Shown here piece after piece: positions 1-12,900 of a stretch of DNA of 64,000 nucleotides (positions are counted from its first letter, which is position 1; every line of letters begins with the position of its first letter). Position numbers and translations under genes: made by a program. The notes under the pieces are model-generated. The model saw only the letters and a program-made list of their open reading frames with translations, searched no databases and was not told the DNA's origin. This DNA comes from Tubulanus polymorphus (taxonomy: Eukaryota; Animalia; Nemertea), in assembly GCF_964204645.1 (NCBI RefSeq), contig NC_134026.1, forward strand, positions 27,686,150 to 27,750,149. The letters run 5' to 3'.

Positions 1-939
1 GAAAAATAACGAAGTTCATTAATTTCAGTTTAATTAGTAAAAAAAAGTTGATGATGAAGTACAAGTTGACTGAACACGAATGAAGCACTGTGATTGGGCG
101 ACAATTTTGAATATTTTTTCAGTGAATTTTCAACACATCTCTTGCGTGTAAAAACGTCCATGCGTAGAATTATCCTTTAAAAATGTCAGCATCAAAAGTC
201 AAATTTCTTATCGAATGGAATCTTATCTTAGCATACATCTAGTGAATTGCGTGGTAAATGATCTTTATTCATTAGTGAAAAATTCTAAACGTTGCTCCGG
301 ATTTTCTGTCAACATAAGGATGAATTTCTGTGATTGAATATCTTCAGACGCATCGTGAAAATACATCAATAGTTTAACATAATAAATCTTATACAACAGA
401 AATCTATATATATTTTTCTAGTTTCCAATAACATTCTAAAATCAACTAGAATGAATATATCATATCCGTTTATTGCTAGTACCCAAAAAACTTAAAATAC
501 AATGTTAACAGGAAATGTATGCCCAAAAGATAATACATTGACTTGAGAAATTCTATTTTTAGCCTAACTAAAGAATATGATCAGAATTAGATTGGTTAAA
601 ATCAAAATTTTATACATATAAAAATTTTCATTCAAAGAGTGAAACGCATTCCTAGTATTTTATCATATTTGCACATGTTTCGGTGAATTCCGACATGGCA
701 ACACATTTATAACCTACCAGCAATGCGTTGAGCAAAAAGTCTAAATTCTGAAAGTAAAAAATCATTATTCAACACAACCAAAAACTGAAAACTTCACTCA
801 CGCTGTACACCATACGGCAGGGTCAGGAGTGTGCTAACTTTCATTTGATACAAAAACAAAACGTCAAATCAAAAAAAAAAACAAAAAGTCTATCAGTAGT
901 AATAGAATGGGTAGTAGGTATTTTGTATACTGTTCCTAC

Positions 940-3900
940 CAGATTTTGCTTGTTGAGCTTTCATTGTAACCAGTTTTCCCATAGCTGCTATTGGACAACC
1001 AGACAAACTGAAATGATAGTATAACATACAACGTGGAAACATCTATACATTATAAACCAACCAACTAATCAGTAAAATTCAGATCCGATAACTAGTACCT
1101 TCTGTGTGAATTTCTATTACTGTTTACATGACCACGGCCACTACATCCAGGAGTTGGACACCTAAACAAAAAACCTTGTTTTCTATATGGTGAATATACA
1201 TTATGCATCTATGATGTTTTTTTGCTAAAAAAAAAACTACAACCGTATTGACAATACATGAAAGGTGTTAAAAGCTATACATTATTGATCTTGAAAGAAA
1301 ATTCTTCAAACACAGAAATCAAAATAATTTTAAATTTCTTCAGGCTACATAATACAGATCAAAGGGATGACATTTCTTCATTTCATATACTGATGACATT
1401 GATCATATCTCCCTCCCATTATAGCTGACATGCAAAGAAATTCCTCACAATTTCTTAAGTGAATCAACAAAAATAGAAAGATTTATCGCTGATTCATAAC
1501 ATCAGTCACTTACCCTACTTGTTGCTCTTGTCGAACAGCTTGGAGAACTGAAATTAATAAAATACAAAAATTAGTCATATCTGTCAGAAATATGATATCA
1601 AAGAAATAATTTCACAAGAAGGATAAGACTTCAATTAGTTTTATAGCTCAAAAATGAATATTCAGTTCAATGAAAAATGTTGAGCTGTTTATCTTGCTTT
1701 AAGATTCCTAAAAATCAATTTTTCATGATAGCTCTACAGGCCCAGAGGGTTAACTAGGTGTGGTTCACAATAACTTCATCAACAATTTGCACACGGCCAA
1801 TTTTAAGTACCCGGTAGATTTATAAATACATATGAATGTAGAAATTGAAATTGTTTCTTCTGCCACGATAAGAGTCTAAACAGCTATACAGTTGATATGT
1901 ACATATTTGTACATATATATGTCATGTCATTCATCCCAGTTGCAAAGATTTATCTAATCCAATAAAAGGAATCACTAGTAATGCAGTACTCACCTTCTGC
2001 TGGGATTTTATCTTTCCTTGGACAGCCAGATACGCTAAAAAAATAAAGTGTACCTGTAGACAAAAAACGTTTCAAAATGTATCTGTATGTATTCAGTCGT
2101 TTCATGTTTTTTACCTTCTATGGTGTGAATACAGCCCAGTTACGTGCCCAGTTCCATCACATCCTGGAGTTGGGCATTTTGTTGTTATTTCTCGATATTT
2201 TCCTACTTGACCGGAGTCTAACTTGGTATTCATTGCCATTCTCTCGAGGTCAACTTCTTGTTCATCCTCGGGTGACCATTCAGCCAATACAGTGAATCCC
2301 GGGTCCTCATTATTGTTGCTATCATTTTCATCAACTGGTGGCGTAGTCGGTTGTGACTGAGTTGCTGCCGGAATGTTCACATGTTTTGCTCGCATCTGCT
2401 GATGCTGCTTTTGTTGCTGAAGCTGTTGATTGTGTTGATGTTGAAGTTGTTGATGTTGATGCATAATGGATATATGAGGACTAGTAAGGGAAGTATGTAC
2501 ATTATCCGTAGATATATGATGGTTTGTCGACATCGAATGTGGTGTAAACAGACTAGATATGGAATGTGACAATGGTGCAGCGTGACTGCTGACCACAGAT
2601 GCCATGGATGATGTCATGGAATGATGTTGTTGCGTTTGATTCATGCGAGAGGAAGCTATTTGGTTCGCGACCTGATTCGCTACATTTTCCGGAATTGTAA
2701 CCGTCGATGATGATAAAAGCGAACTCACAGAAAATGAACCGATCGGTTTAACTGATAGATTTGAGTGATTTGACGGAGAGGGAATTGTATTCATTGTCAC
2801 AGATATAGGCAACTGATTATTCTTCACATCCGCAACACTAGAAATACCGTTAGTAGTAATCACAGAGTTTGTATTACTGGTTACTGTCTGAATGCAAGAT
2901 GGTTGAGGAGTCAAACCCAATGGAGGCGCTGCAGCAATTACTGTATTACTACTTGATACAGCCTGTTGTGTCAAACCGATAGACTGAGTTGGCTGAATGA
3001 AGTGAATTTGAGTAAGTAATGGAGAATTTGGTACAACAATATGACCAATATTTGAGGCTGCAGCTGAACAGTTTGTTGATCGAATAGCATTAATAACACT
3101 TGTTGTATTAGCTGTTGAGCCATTAGTTATTTTCTGCACACTATGTTTCACAGAGTTTATAACAGCTGGCCTTGACACTGATACTACTGGTACATGCACG
3201 CAAGATACCGCAGGAGGAGTCTGTCCATTTGGATCTTTTTCAGAAATCGGTTCAACATTTTTCTCGCTTTTGACTACAGGTCTATCGATGGCACATTCCA
3301 ATGAATCAGATTCATTGATTGTTTTTGTTTTAGCACCAAAATCGTCTGAGACACTGATAATCATATCACCTTTAGCTCCATGGAATGAATCAGATGTATA
3401 TACATCAGGTTTTGATTTGGCATGATGAATTATCACATTCTCCTTAAGATTTCCCGCATGAGAACAATCATAACTGACAACTGGTTCATTAGCTTCATCA
3501 TTATCTTCAATCTCTGTATCCTCGTCATCTTCGCTTAAATGCTTGTTTATTGCATCTTCGGTCATTCGATCTTCTGTTTCAACATATGAATCTTTATTGG
3601 CCGATACATCAAAAATATTCTTGCTCGCATTTTCGATTTCCTGCAAACATTTTTCGGTATCTTCAAGATCTTTCATCAGACCACATTCAGAGGCAGTATC
3701 AGCTGATGCTTTCTCTTTATCCTCATTAAGGTTTTCTCTAATAGTTGTGTTCTGTTGTTTTTCAGCCCATGACTGAATGGTGGCGCACTGCTGTTCTATT
3801 TTCAGCAGATTTTCAAGGTCAGCAGCAGCAGAGCTTTCTGTAACAGACACCACTGATTCCTTATCAACATTAGAGTCTTTTTCTTCTTCCTCAATGTCTC

Positions 3901-6900
3901 CATTTTCCTTGAATTCATCATCTACTTGAGGAATGTTTGACTTGTTTTGATTTAGGTCATGATTTATCTCTTTTGCGATACCAATATCATTTTTAACATC
4001 AGGGACAGGCTCTTTTTTGAGGCTTGGAATGGGAGTGATTTCAACGAATGCACAATCAACTTCATCTTTATCACCATTCTCACATTTTCTCTCTTTCGCC
4101 TTACTGCACCTCTTCGGTTTTACGTCCTTTTTCTTGTTCTTGTCGCGTTTGAACCAATTGTTAGAAAAGAAAGTGTCTTCATCCCCAAAATCACCCGAGA
4201 GACTTCTCAAGGCACGTTCTGTTTCACGAATTGCTTTCCGATCCTCATCCAGCGAATCATCATCTTCCATAAATGGATCTGATTTGTCAGGTGATGAATT
4301 ATTAGAATCGGTTGCAGTTTCATCTGTCTCCATATCAGATTGTTCTATGTCACTTTTAATTTTCCTTTTCGATTGAGGATTACAGAGTTTTGGATTTGAG
4401 TTCATTTTCACAGGACTTTTTTCTCGTTTTGCTGAGATCAACTTTTTTGGCTTTTTCTCAGCACCATTTTGAGAGGAGCGGTTAAGTATATCGCAATCTT
4501 TATCAAGTCCATTGAGTTGCCTTTTAAGCTTTTTACTATTGCTAGAGTCAACTGTAAGCTTTTTAGGTGAAACTGTTTTAGTTGTCTTTTGTGATTTGAA
4601 ATTACTATCGACAATTTCTGAGTCTTCATTTGTTGTTTTGAGTCGGCTCTTCTTTGTTGGTAGTTCGCATAGATCTGTGTCATTTTTGTGCTTCTTAGCT
4701 GCCATTTGGCAGGTCGTTGTGGGTCTGAAAAATGAATAATCTAGATATAGAAGTTTATAATGAAGAGATGCATAAAAGAACGCATATCATGAGAGCATGC
4801 AATATAAAACATCATCAAATGAATTCATCTTAAGCATAGTCTCATCGGAAATACATTGCCCACTAAGCTATCTCATTAATATCAGAATTAGTCAGTGACC
4901 TTTCCATCAAACGATCTTGTCAAGTCACAATCAATACGATGAGAGATAAATCATTATTGACCAAAACATAGTAATAACAAGTAACTAAAGAAGGAGCCAC
5001 TAGAAAAACACAAATTTTGATATATAGCTTTTATGTGTTACACGACCAAATACATTATTTGAGACGTCACAGAAGAAGTTTAAGCCATCCCGTAACACTC
5101 AAATAACTAACGAACAAGCTCGAATAGAAATATCCCAGATACAAGCCATAAAACTGCCATAAATCTACTATAAATGCACCCTACCTGTCTTCAGCATCTT
5201 GAGCACCTAATCTATGAAAAGTAGATTTTTGTGACCAAATATCATTGTCTACAGACAGATGGCAGCACGGCGAATTTTCTCATAATTACCACAGATTAAA
5301 TCATCAAGGTATTAGATGAGAATTAATAGAAATAGAACTACTTTGACGAATTATTCATTGAAAGGATTTGACGCGATATTCTGAATGTATTCAGCTGATG
5401 TAGAAAATATCGAAACAATCACAGAATGAAGATGGTTCGAATACTGGTACTTTCAGATATCTGTCGTACATGGATATCATTGTGACATACAACTGAGAGG
5501 ACGTCCCCGAGTAATAAATGAAAATTCTACTGGTCCTGGGTTTCAAACTGGTGTGAAAGAGTAATTTGAAGGATAGCAGTTTTCTAATCAGTTATTCGAA
5601 AGGGCTTGCAATCTCCCAATGCTCTTTCATGATTAGAAAGTACTTTTCAATGATTTTTTGAAAATCAGCCATTTATACATCAATGAATACCCTGTAAACG
5701 TCTCAAGACAAAATTGATTTCTTTGGCAGATTCACTCACAGTAACTCCAAGTATCATAAAACCTAGGCATAAATTCCAGGCAAATCGACAAGCATGCCAC
5801 AATTCAGCTGTCATACCAACTTATAGCTAGGTACGTCAATGACTGTACTTCTTCTGTGCGCATACAGATTTACCAAGGTATTAACCGAAAATCATTTATC
5901 TTCTTAGCATAATTACCCCACATAAGCTAGACTATTCATGGAAATCTTTATACAAACATGCTAGCTTATGATAATGATACAATGATATGACACCAACTGA
6001 CAATTTGATATTTTTGAAGCGATCACTAAGTTAAGAAAAATGCCATTGAAATTAGGTAAAGCATTTGCCATTGAGCGAGACGATTTTCGAATAACAAGCA
6101 AGCAACAAAGTTATTTCAAGGTTACATACGCTTTAGACCTAAGAGGTTTGCTAGGAGGGAGCCCTGTACCATTGCATCTGTAATAATATGTGAGAGAAGC
6201 ATAGATGTGATCAATTAATAAGCAAAGCAACGGTGTTTTAAAAATTTGCTGTAAGGACCTAGGTTATACAAAAAAAAGATGAACAATATGCAAATCAATT
6301 GTGCTAGATTTTTGAATAAGCCACTTTGATGGAAAACAGCAAAACGCTTCCATTCTAAATAATTTGTATGTTGCAGTTGTGAATTTGAATGAATTTACTT
6401 TTCATTGTATCAATTATTGTATAAATATAAGCAAAATATACAATATTCTATACATTTTGACACGATGAAATCTGTGACTACGGTACCAGAAATCATCCGT
6501 CTTCTGATGATCAAATAGATATGTTTGCATTGTACATTATTGGAAAATTGAAATGAAATCACTTCGTGAAAAATGATTCTATGAGATTCAATCGGTAAAT
6601 CAGGAATTTCAAAATCTACTAGAAAATTTGTCGTAAGTGAATAATTTCTATGATCAAAAGTGGAAATCAAGGTTGTGAGCTAGATGTTCTTGTCATCTGA
6701 GTAAACATGCAGTAACTATAAACTAATGAGGTTAGTAATGAAGAGAAGCCATAACCGCATTGGACCAACTTACCCTTCCGATTCAGCTACAATATCTGAA
6801 AAAAACGATAATGAATTTTAGTATTCTTTACATCATCTGTATAAAGCATATGTCAGTACATGCTTATTGGAGCATTCATCAAATTTACAACAAAAAGCCA

Positions 6901-9900
6901 TCTGTACAAATATATATATATATGTATAAGCTGCGTAATTTTACTTCCAGGCAATGACTTAAAATTGTTTCGTCAAAATTAAGTACCATAATGAATTATA
7001 TAAACAATCTAACACGAACAAAACTAACCCTTCTCGAAGAAAATCTTTTTCCGCATGATAAAAGTTTCGTTGTTCTTTTACAACGCTATAATCGATCAGA
7101 CACGATCACACACAGTAACTCTCTACTGCAGGCTATTTGTCAATGATGTATTTCTAATTCTATAACAGTATCTTGCTCCGTAATCATATTTTTGACATTA
7201 ATGCAGAATGCATTTAATATGTAACCGAAATCTTATAAATTGGTTTCGAATATCGATAGATTTTTAGTTTCATTGATGTTTGATCATGGTATATTCAGCC
7301 CCCTGGCAATTCAAAAACGGACTCGTTTTTGTATACACGCCACGAGGGACGTTATGATTACAGTCAGCCATAAACTGTGGGCGTTGTCTACTTATTCTAC
7401 GCACAAGGACAAGAACTAAAATACTCCTTTATCAAAGAATGTTGTTGTTTAGTAGTCAGGTTGAGTCAAACACCTTCAGCCAATATCCATAAAATATCAG
7501 CTCAATGTAAAAAACGTTCCCAAGTGAAAGTAAGGAAAATAACTGATTCTAGTCAGTTGCTCAAATATCACTATCAGAAAGTAATGGTCTTTTGATAATG
7601 GCAGTTATTGATTACCGAAAGTTAGATAAAACATAAGAAAAGTTAATTTACCTATCTGACCTCTCGTTCTTGTTACTTTTGGTTGTTCACACTCCTTGCT
7701 TTTTCTGATGTCACTGATCTCTTTATCTGAAAGAACATATAACAAGACCATCTTACTACTTGTTTTCAAGTGACACTGTTCAAAAGTGATTTACCGGATT
7801 CAAGCAATTCATTGAATGAATTGCCGCGAGCTTTATATATAACATGTTGATAGAAATGATTTCAGATTTGAATATTTCTTGAATATTTCAAGTCAAGAGC
7901 CCATTTTGTACCGAGCATTAGTAGACTAGCGTGGAATGACACAGAGCTCTGGGAAACTAGGGACAGAAACACATGGATAATGCCTCGTGTTAGGAAGTAT
8001 TCATGGTACATGGAGTGGACCATGCAGTCTGATGGAAGAGGGCAGGATATCAGTTAATGACATCACATCACCAAGCAACACTCATGATGTCAGGATTAAA
8101 CTAAAAGCAGATATTTCATGGGCAATTAGTCAATTCAACTGTTTAAACTTCACAGATAGCTCGCAATGCAAATGTCGTTATTTCATCATTTTTAAAGCTT
8201 CTCTGTATCGTATTATGCTTAAACCCCAGTTATAACAATGATAAACAGGATGACATGTAACCAGGCAGTGACAAATGCATTCTTCCAAAGACATAAAACT
8301 CGTAACAATGCGATAATATCATAATATCATAAGTTATAGGAGAAAATCATGTAAACATTGACATGAAAAATTAAGAGAAATCGAAATCAACCTAATGTCT
8401 TTATAATGTGGCCTTATCGCATTATTGAGTCATGAAATGGCTTGAATTTAGGCGCTGAACCAGCAAGTCTTTAATTTTCTACAACGCTGACATTAATTAT
8501 AAGTTTACACCCATCAAACGCAGTCGAACACTTCAAGTGAAATCTCCATTTATTGGGAGTCAATCGGCTTCGATGATGCCGACACAACTTTCCAATGAGC
8601 AAATAACTTTACCTACGACGGTTAGCGCTCGGGCTTGTTTCCATGGCAACGAATTCGAATTAATCAAAGAAAGTTGGCCAGGAAATTGCAAGTGCAGCAA
8701 TGCAGTTAAGTCAGGCGGAATCACGTTTCTGTCTGTTTGGAAGTTTGACTAAACATGGCGGTCTTCATTTAAAATGTTACCACGGCCTAATCTTTTCCTT
8801 TTTTCAAAAACGCACGATCGAATAGGAATAACTTCCAACGAATGATTTTTATTCAATTAGCTCATCAGCAGTTTACAATGGACGTTCAAAAATATTTACC
8901 TTTCTTTTTGGTTAATGTCTGTGATTGAAGGCCACTAGTTTTATTGCTACCACCACTTGCCACAGCTGGTTTCTCTGGTTTTTGAACTGAAGGCAACTTC
9001 TTGTTCGTCAGTTTAGCTGTAGGGGAACTCTGCAAAGAGATAAAACAGTACTTTCCATAAGCATCTTACATTGATTTTTTTCAATAAACAGTGACGCTGT
9101 TGTAAAAATCAATTGACACATCGATTCAATAATATATTATTATACGTTTCAATGCGCCTCAAAGAAAAATTCATTTTCCTTTGAATTGTAGGAACTTCTG
9201 TAGCTGAAGTTCGAATTCAATTTGCACTCGGCACCGAGCTCTCATAATATCCACAAAGCAACTTCTACCGCACAATTTAATCCCAGGGTTGACCACAAGA
9301 AACAAACATTCATACACCGCGTAAAAAAATCGGCTGAAAATTTGACGATAACGACAGATGTTCTGAAGAGTGGAGACGAAGAACTTCGCGGAGAAAGTGA
9401 ACGTAGTCGGTATTTCAGCGCAGATCAACAGAAGTTTTCGTCGCAGAAGAATGAAAGCGACGATTACGACGTAGTTTGGACAACAATAAATTTCATATGA
9501 AAAATTACCAGAGAATGCTGAGGAGCGCAAGGATGAACCATAGCGGAACATTGTCTGTGATTCCACTCAAACATGACGGTATCACAGCACTGCGATACAA
9601 CCATCGTTTCCACAGCCGTCATGATTGATGATTAAAACGCAGCGATTAGAAATGGGTGTGACCTGAACTCCAGTCTTCCAGAGTTTTCTTTTTGCCGATT
9701 TGCTGTTTGTGAAGTCTATTTTACTCGTATAGAGAGAGAGAGAGGCAGCGAAAGAGAGAAATAAATTGAGCTGACGTATGCATAATCAATAATACTTAAA
9801 ACGAGAAATGAACTATGCCATATAGGCATAGATTTATTACGTTATACTATGATTTATTTCAGGTAAATAAGCATTTCGAATCGATCAAATAATTGAGTTC

Positions 9901-12900
9901 CATGAATATAGGAACATTTTTTATACATCGCAAATAGAGGTGCATTGTAACACGAAACATTTTTGTAAGCCCAAGGCGACTATTCTAAAAGCTCTGTCTC
10001 GTACTCTTTCTCCCCGTCTCTCCTTGAAAAAAAAATCAACCTCACTGAAGAAAGTGCAAATTCGGATTGATTTAAGAGCCCAATTTTGTGCATGAATAGA
10101 TTTCTAAAATGCTGTGATTTCTATGTTCCAAATTTCAAACATCGGAATAACCCTAAAAAGCCAATTTTCATCGAACATGACTAAGTTCATAATTCTTCGA
10201 GATTCAAATTGAAGAAACTGAATATACACAGATGAAATATCATGAATAATAAATGTTAATAGAGTACACATCTCGGAACCGCCCAAAAATCTGCGACATC
10301 GCGTGAATTTGCCACAGGCCAACCAAATATCTGTGTTTTAATTCCGCATTTCATACAATTTTCTAAAAGCCTTAAGCATATTCATATCAGAGCATACAAA
10401 AGCTGATTAAATTAACCGGCCGTAGCTTTTAACCATTTGAAAATAATTTCTTTTGAGAGTAATTTGATGGTGAAATCCAATTAATGGAATTAACAGAATC
10501 TTTGGTTGTTGCAACAATACATAACGTCGCAAATCATTCCAATACTTTTATATCAACTCTCACAAAATCAATGAAATTTTCAAATAACGATTCACATATG
10601 CGTTAACTGTAAGGTGACTGAATTCTAAACTCTTACTCATTGGTAGATGTTACAGCCTATATATTGATACATGTTATAGCCTATTTTCTATCGACATATG
10701 ACGACCAATTATGACAAAAAGAAACATCAAAAGCGTGATGATATTCTAGAAAATTCCAAAATAACTCAAAACATGATCATATGATTCGGAGTAAGCAGCA
10801 CAATCATATCCGGCGAAATCATCAACTACCGATACTGAGATAAGATCTACATCGATAAACATTAGATATCTGCCATCATAATTATTTCTAGAAATTAGGA
10901 CATTCCCCCAGCCCGATTCATTCATACGTAGTCAACGTCTTATTGATCCGAGCTCTTTTAATATCGGTCTGTACAACGAAAAATAATCCCGTTAAACCAA
11001 TGTAACAGATGATGTACAATTTGAAAATATATACACAAGTACAGAGAGAGAGAGAGAGAGAAAGAGAGACAGAGAGACTTGTATTGTATTTTATACTGGT
11101 TACGGTTCATTTCCGTCGATTTAATTTATATCGCGTGGCTGTATGAACGAGATAAAATATCCCAGTAACTAAATCTTCCATCCTTTCACAAAAACACATC
11201 GGTAAGCAGTGATGCACTCATATCAATCTCCGACCATAATTCAAATCGGGACTTCGGTTTTTATCGCTGAACAATTTTCTCAGAATCCTTATCATAATTC
11301 CCAACATCATTTCTAGAATTCCCAACATCATTTCTATTGAAAACCGGTAACTTGAGTTGCGTTTTTATTCATACGCTCGCATTCTTTTTGGGAGAATTAT
11401 TATTCAATTTGGACAGGTTTGAATTCTTTCGATAGGTAGGCTTACGACTGGTTTTGATACACATTGTGATTTTCAATGGAAAAGTTCAATATCCTCGCGA
11501 ACTTTTACCAATAAAAAACATTCATGATTATCGACGAAATGAAAATATAAACTTTTTACAATAATCCGTTAAGAAGTGACACTATCTACACTCAACGTGC
11601 ACCAATGGAACACTGACACCAGCAGAAACAGTATGCTAATTGTTACCATGGCAACAACAAGTAGCAGAGTTATTCATTCGTAGTGGAAGCCACAATCAGG
11701 ACATTTGAGAAACATCACGTTTAATAATTCTTAAACCGGTCTTAAATTGTTTCTTTGAATGTTTAATTAGTATAGGATATCCGTGCCGGCGACTAGCGAG
11801 AAACATGATTCCTATATACCGTATTGACTTCATCAAAATGAATACAACCGACTAACCGATCCGATAACAACCTCTCAGCAATCAGCAGATCACAAAATAT
11901 CCAGACGAAACAAATGAACTTGATCGACTGCAATTGAATATAAAATAATGAGTTTCGCTTCAACTGCTGCCGATTTGAAACACAGTTGATAATTACCAGA
12001 CATGAGCACTTTCTGCCAACAACGACGACCTTGCATTTCACTGCTTCAATAAACTAATTTTTCATACATCCTCAGATAATGAATGCAATCAACATTGAAT
12101 TCATATCGAGCAACAATTTACATTAGAATAATCAATACAGACTCAGTTTTATCCGTGAACGAAAGCCATACATTTGCCTATTAGGGATAATTTACCACTG
12201 AACTAACCAGCTGCAGTTTTTCTTCTCAATAAGTCATTACTATTTTCAATTCACAGTAATGATACTTTTTATCTCGAGTGACCAAACACGTGAATTAAAT
12301 CGTGACCCGTAAGTTGTCATACTCTTGCAAAGTTTAAATTGATTCAAGTAAACTCAAGTTACAAGAGCATTTCAGTTTTAAATGCAATATTTACACACAA
12401 CTCCCTCTAAACCCATGTACATACGACGTGTAGCGTATAGCAGTGCTGACATCTGCGACTTCAGTTTGTCTCAGAGCATCATGAAATATACATACAAACA
12501 CAAAATGATCTACGTACAAGGAATATGAAGAAATCTATCAATTGATGCCAGTAAGATATGACACGGATAACTCCCAACAACGTTCATTTCAACTGAGTGA
12601 TTGCTACACTATTATTAATTGATACTAAATGATGGAAAAACATTACATTTCATTTCATCGTTTTGATGCTCGAGTCGACACGCAACAAATGCAAAATGAA
12701 ATGAACTACATTACAGAAATACCACTACAATAAAAGCTACCAAAAGACAAGCTTATCATAGGAGTCAAATGGTCAATGTTCATATCTCTTTTAAACCAGA
12801 GGATTTTTAAATTTCTTGCTGATTAAAACTGAACTGATGAACTACGCATAATCAGTACTAGTACCTGTCACAGTTGTCAAATATATAAATACAGTATTCT

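Noticed and set aside
1700-1755. piggyBac-like end (...CCCAGAGGGTTAA)
   Set aside because: No matching opposite terminus was found.
2077-4739. Several plus-strand ORFs opposite the Myt1 giant exon
   Set aside because: Antisense shadows of a low-complexity coding exon.
9171-9566. Overlapping 131-aa and 92-aa ORFs in a Myt1 intron
   Set aside because: No recognisable domain and no convincing splice sites; more likely a GC-richer regulatory block or alternative 5' end.
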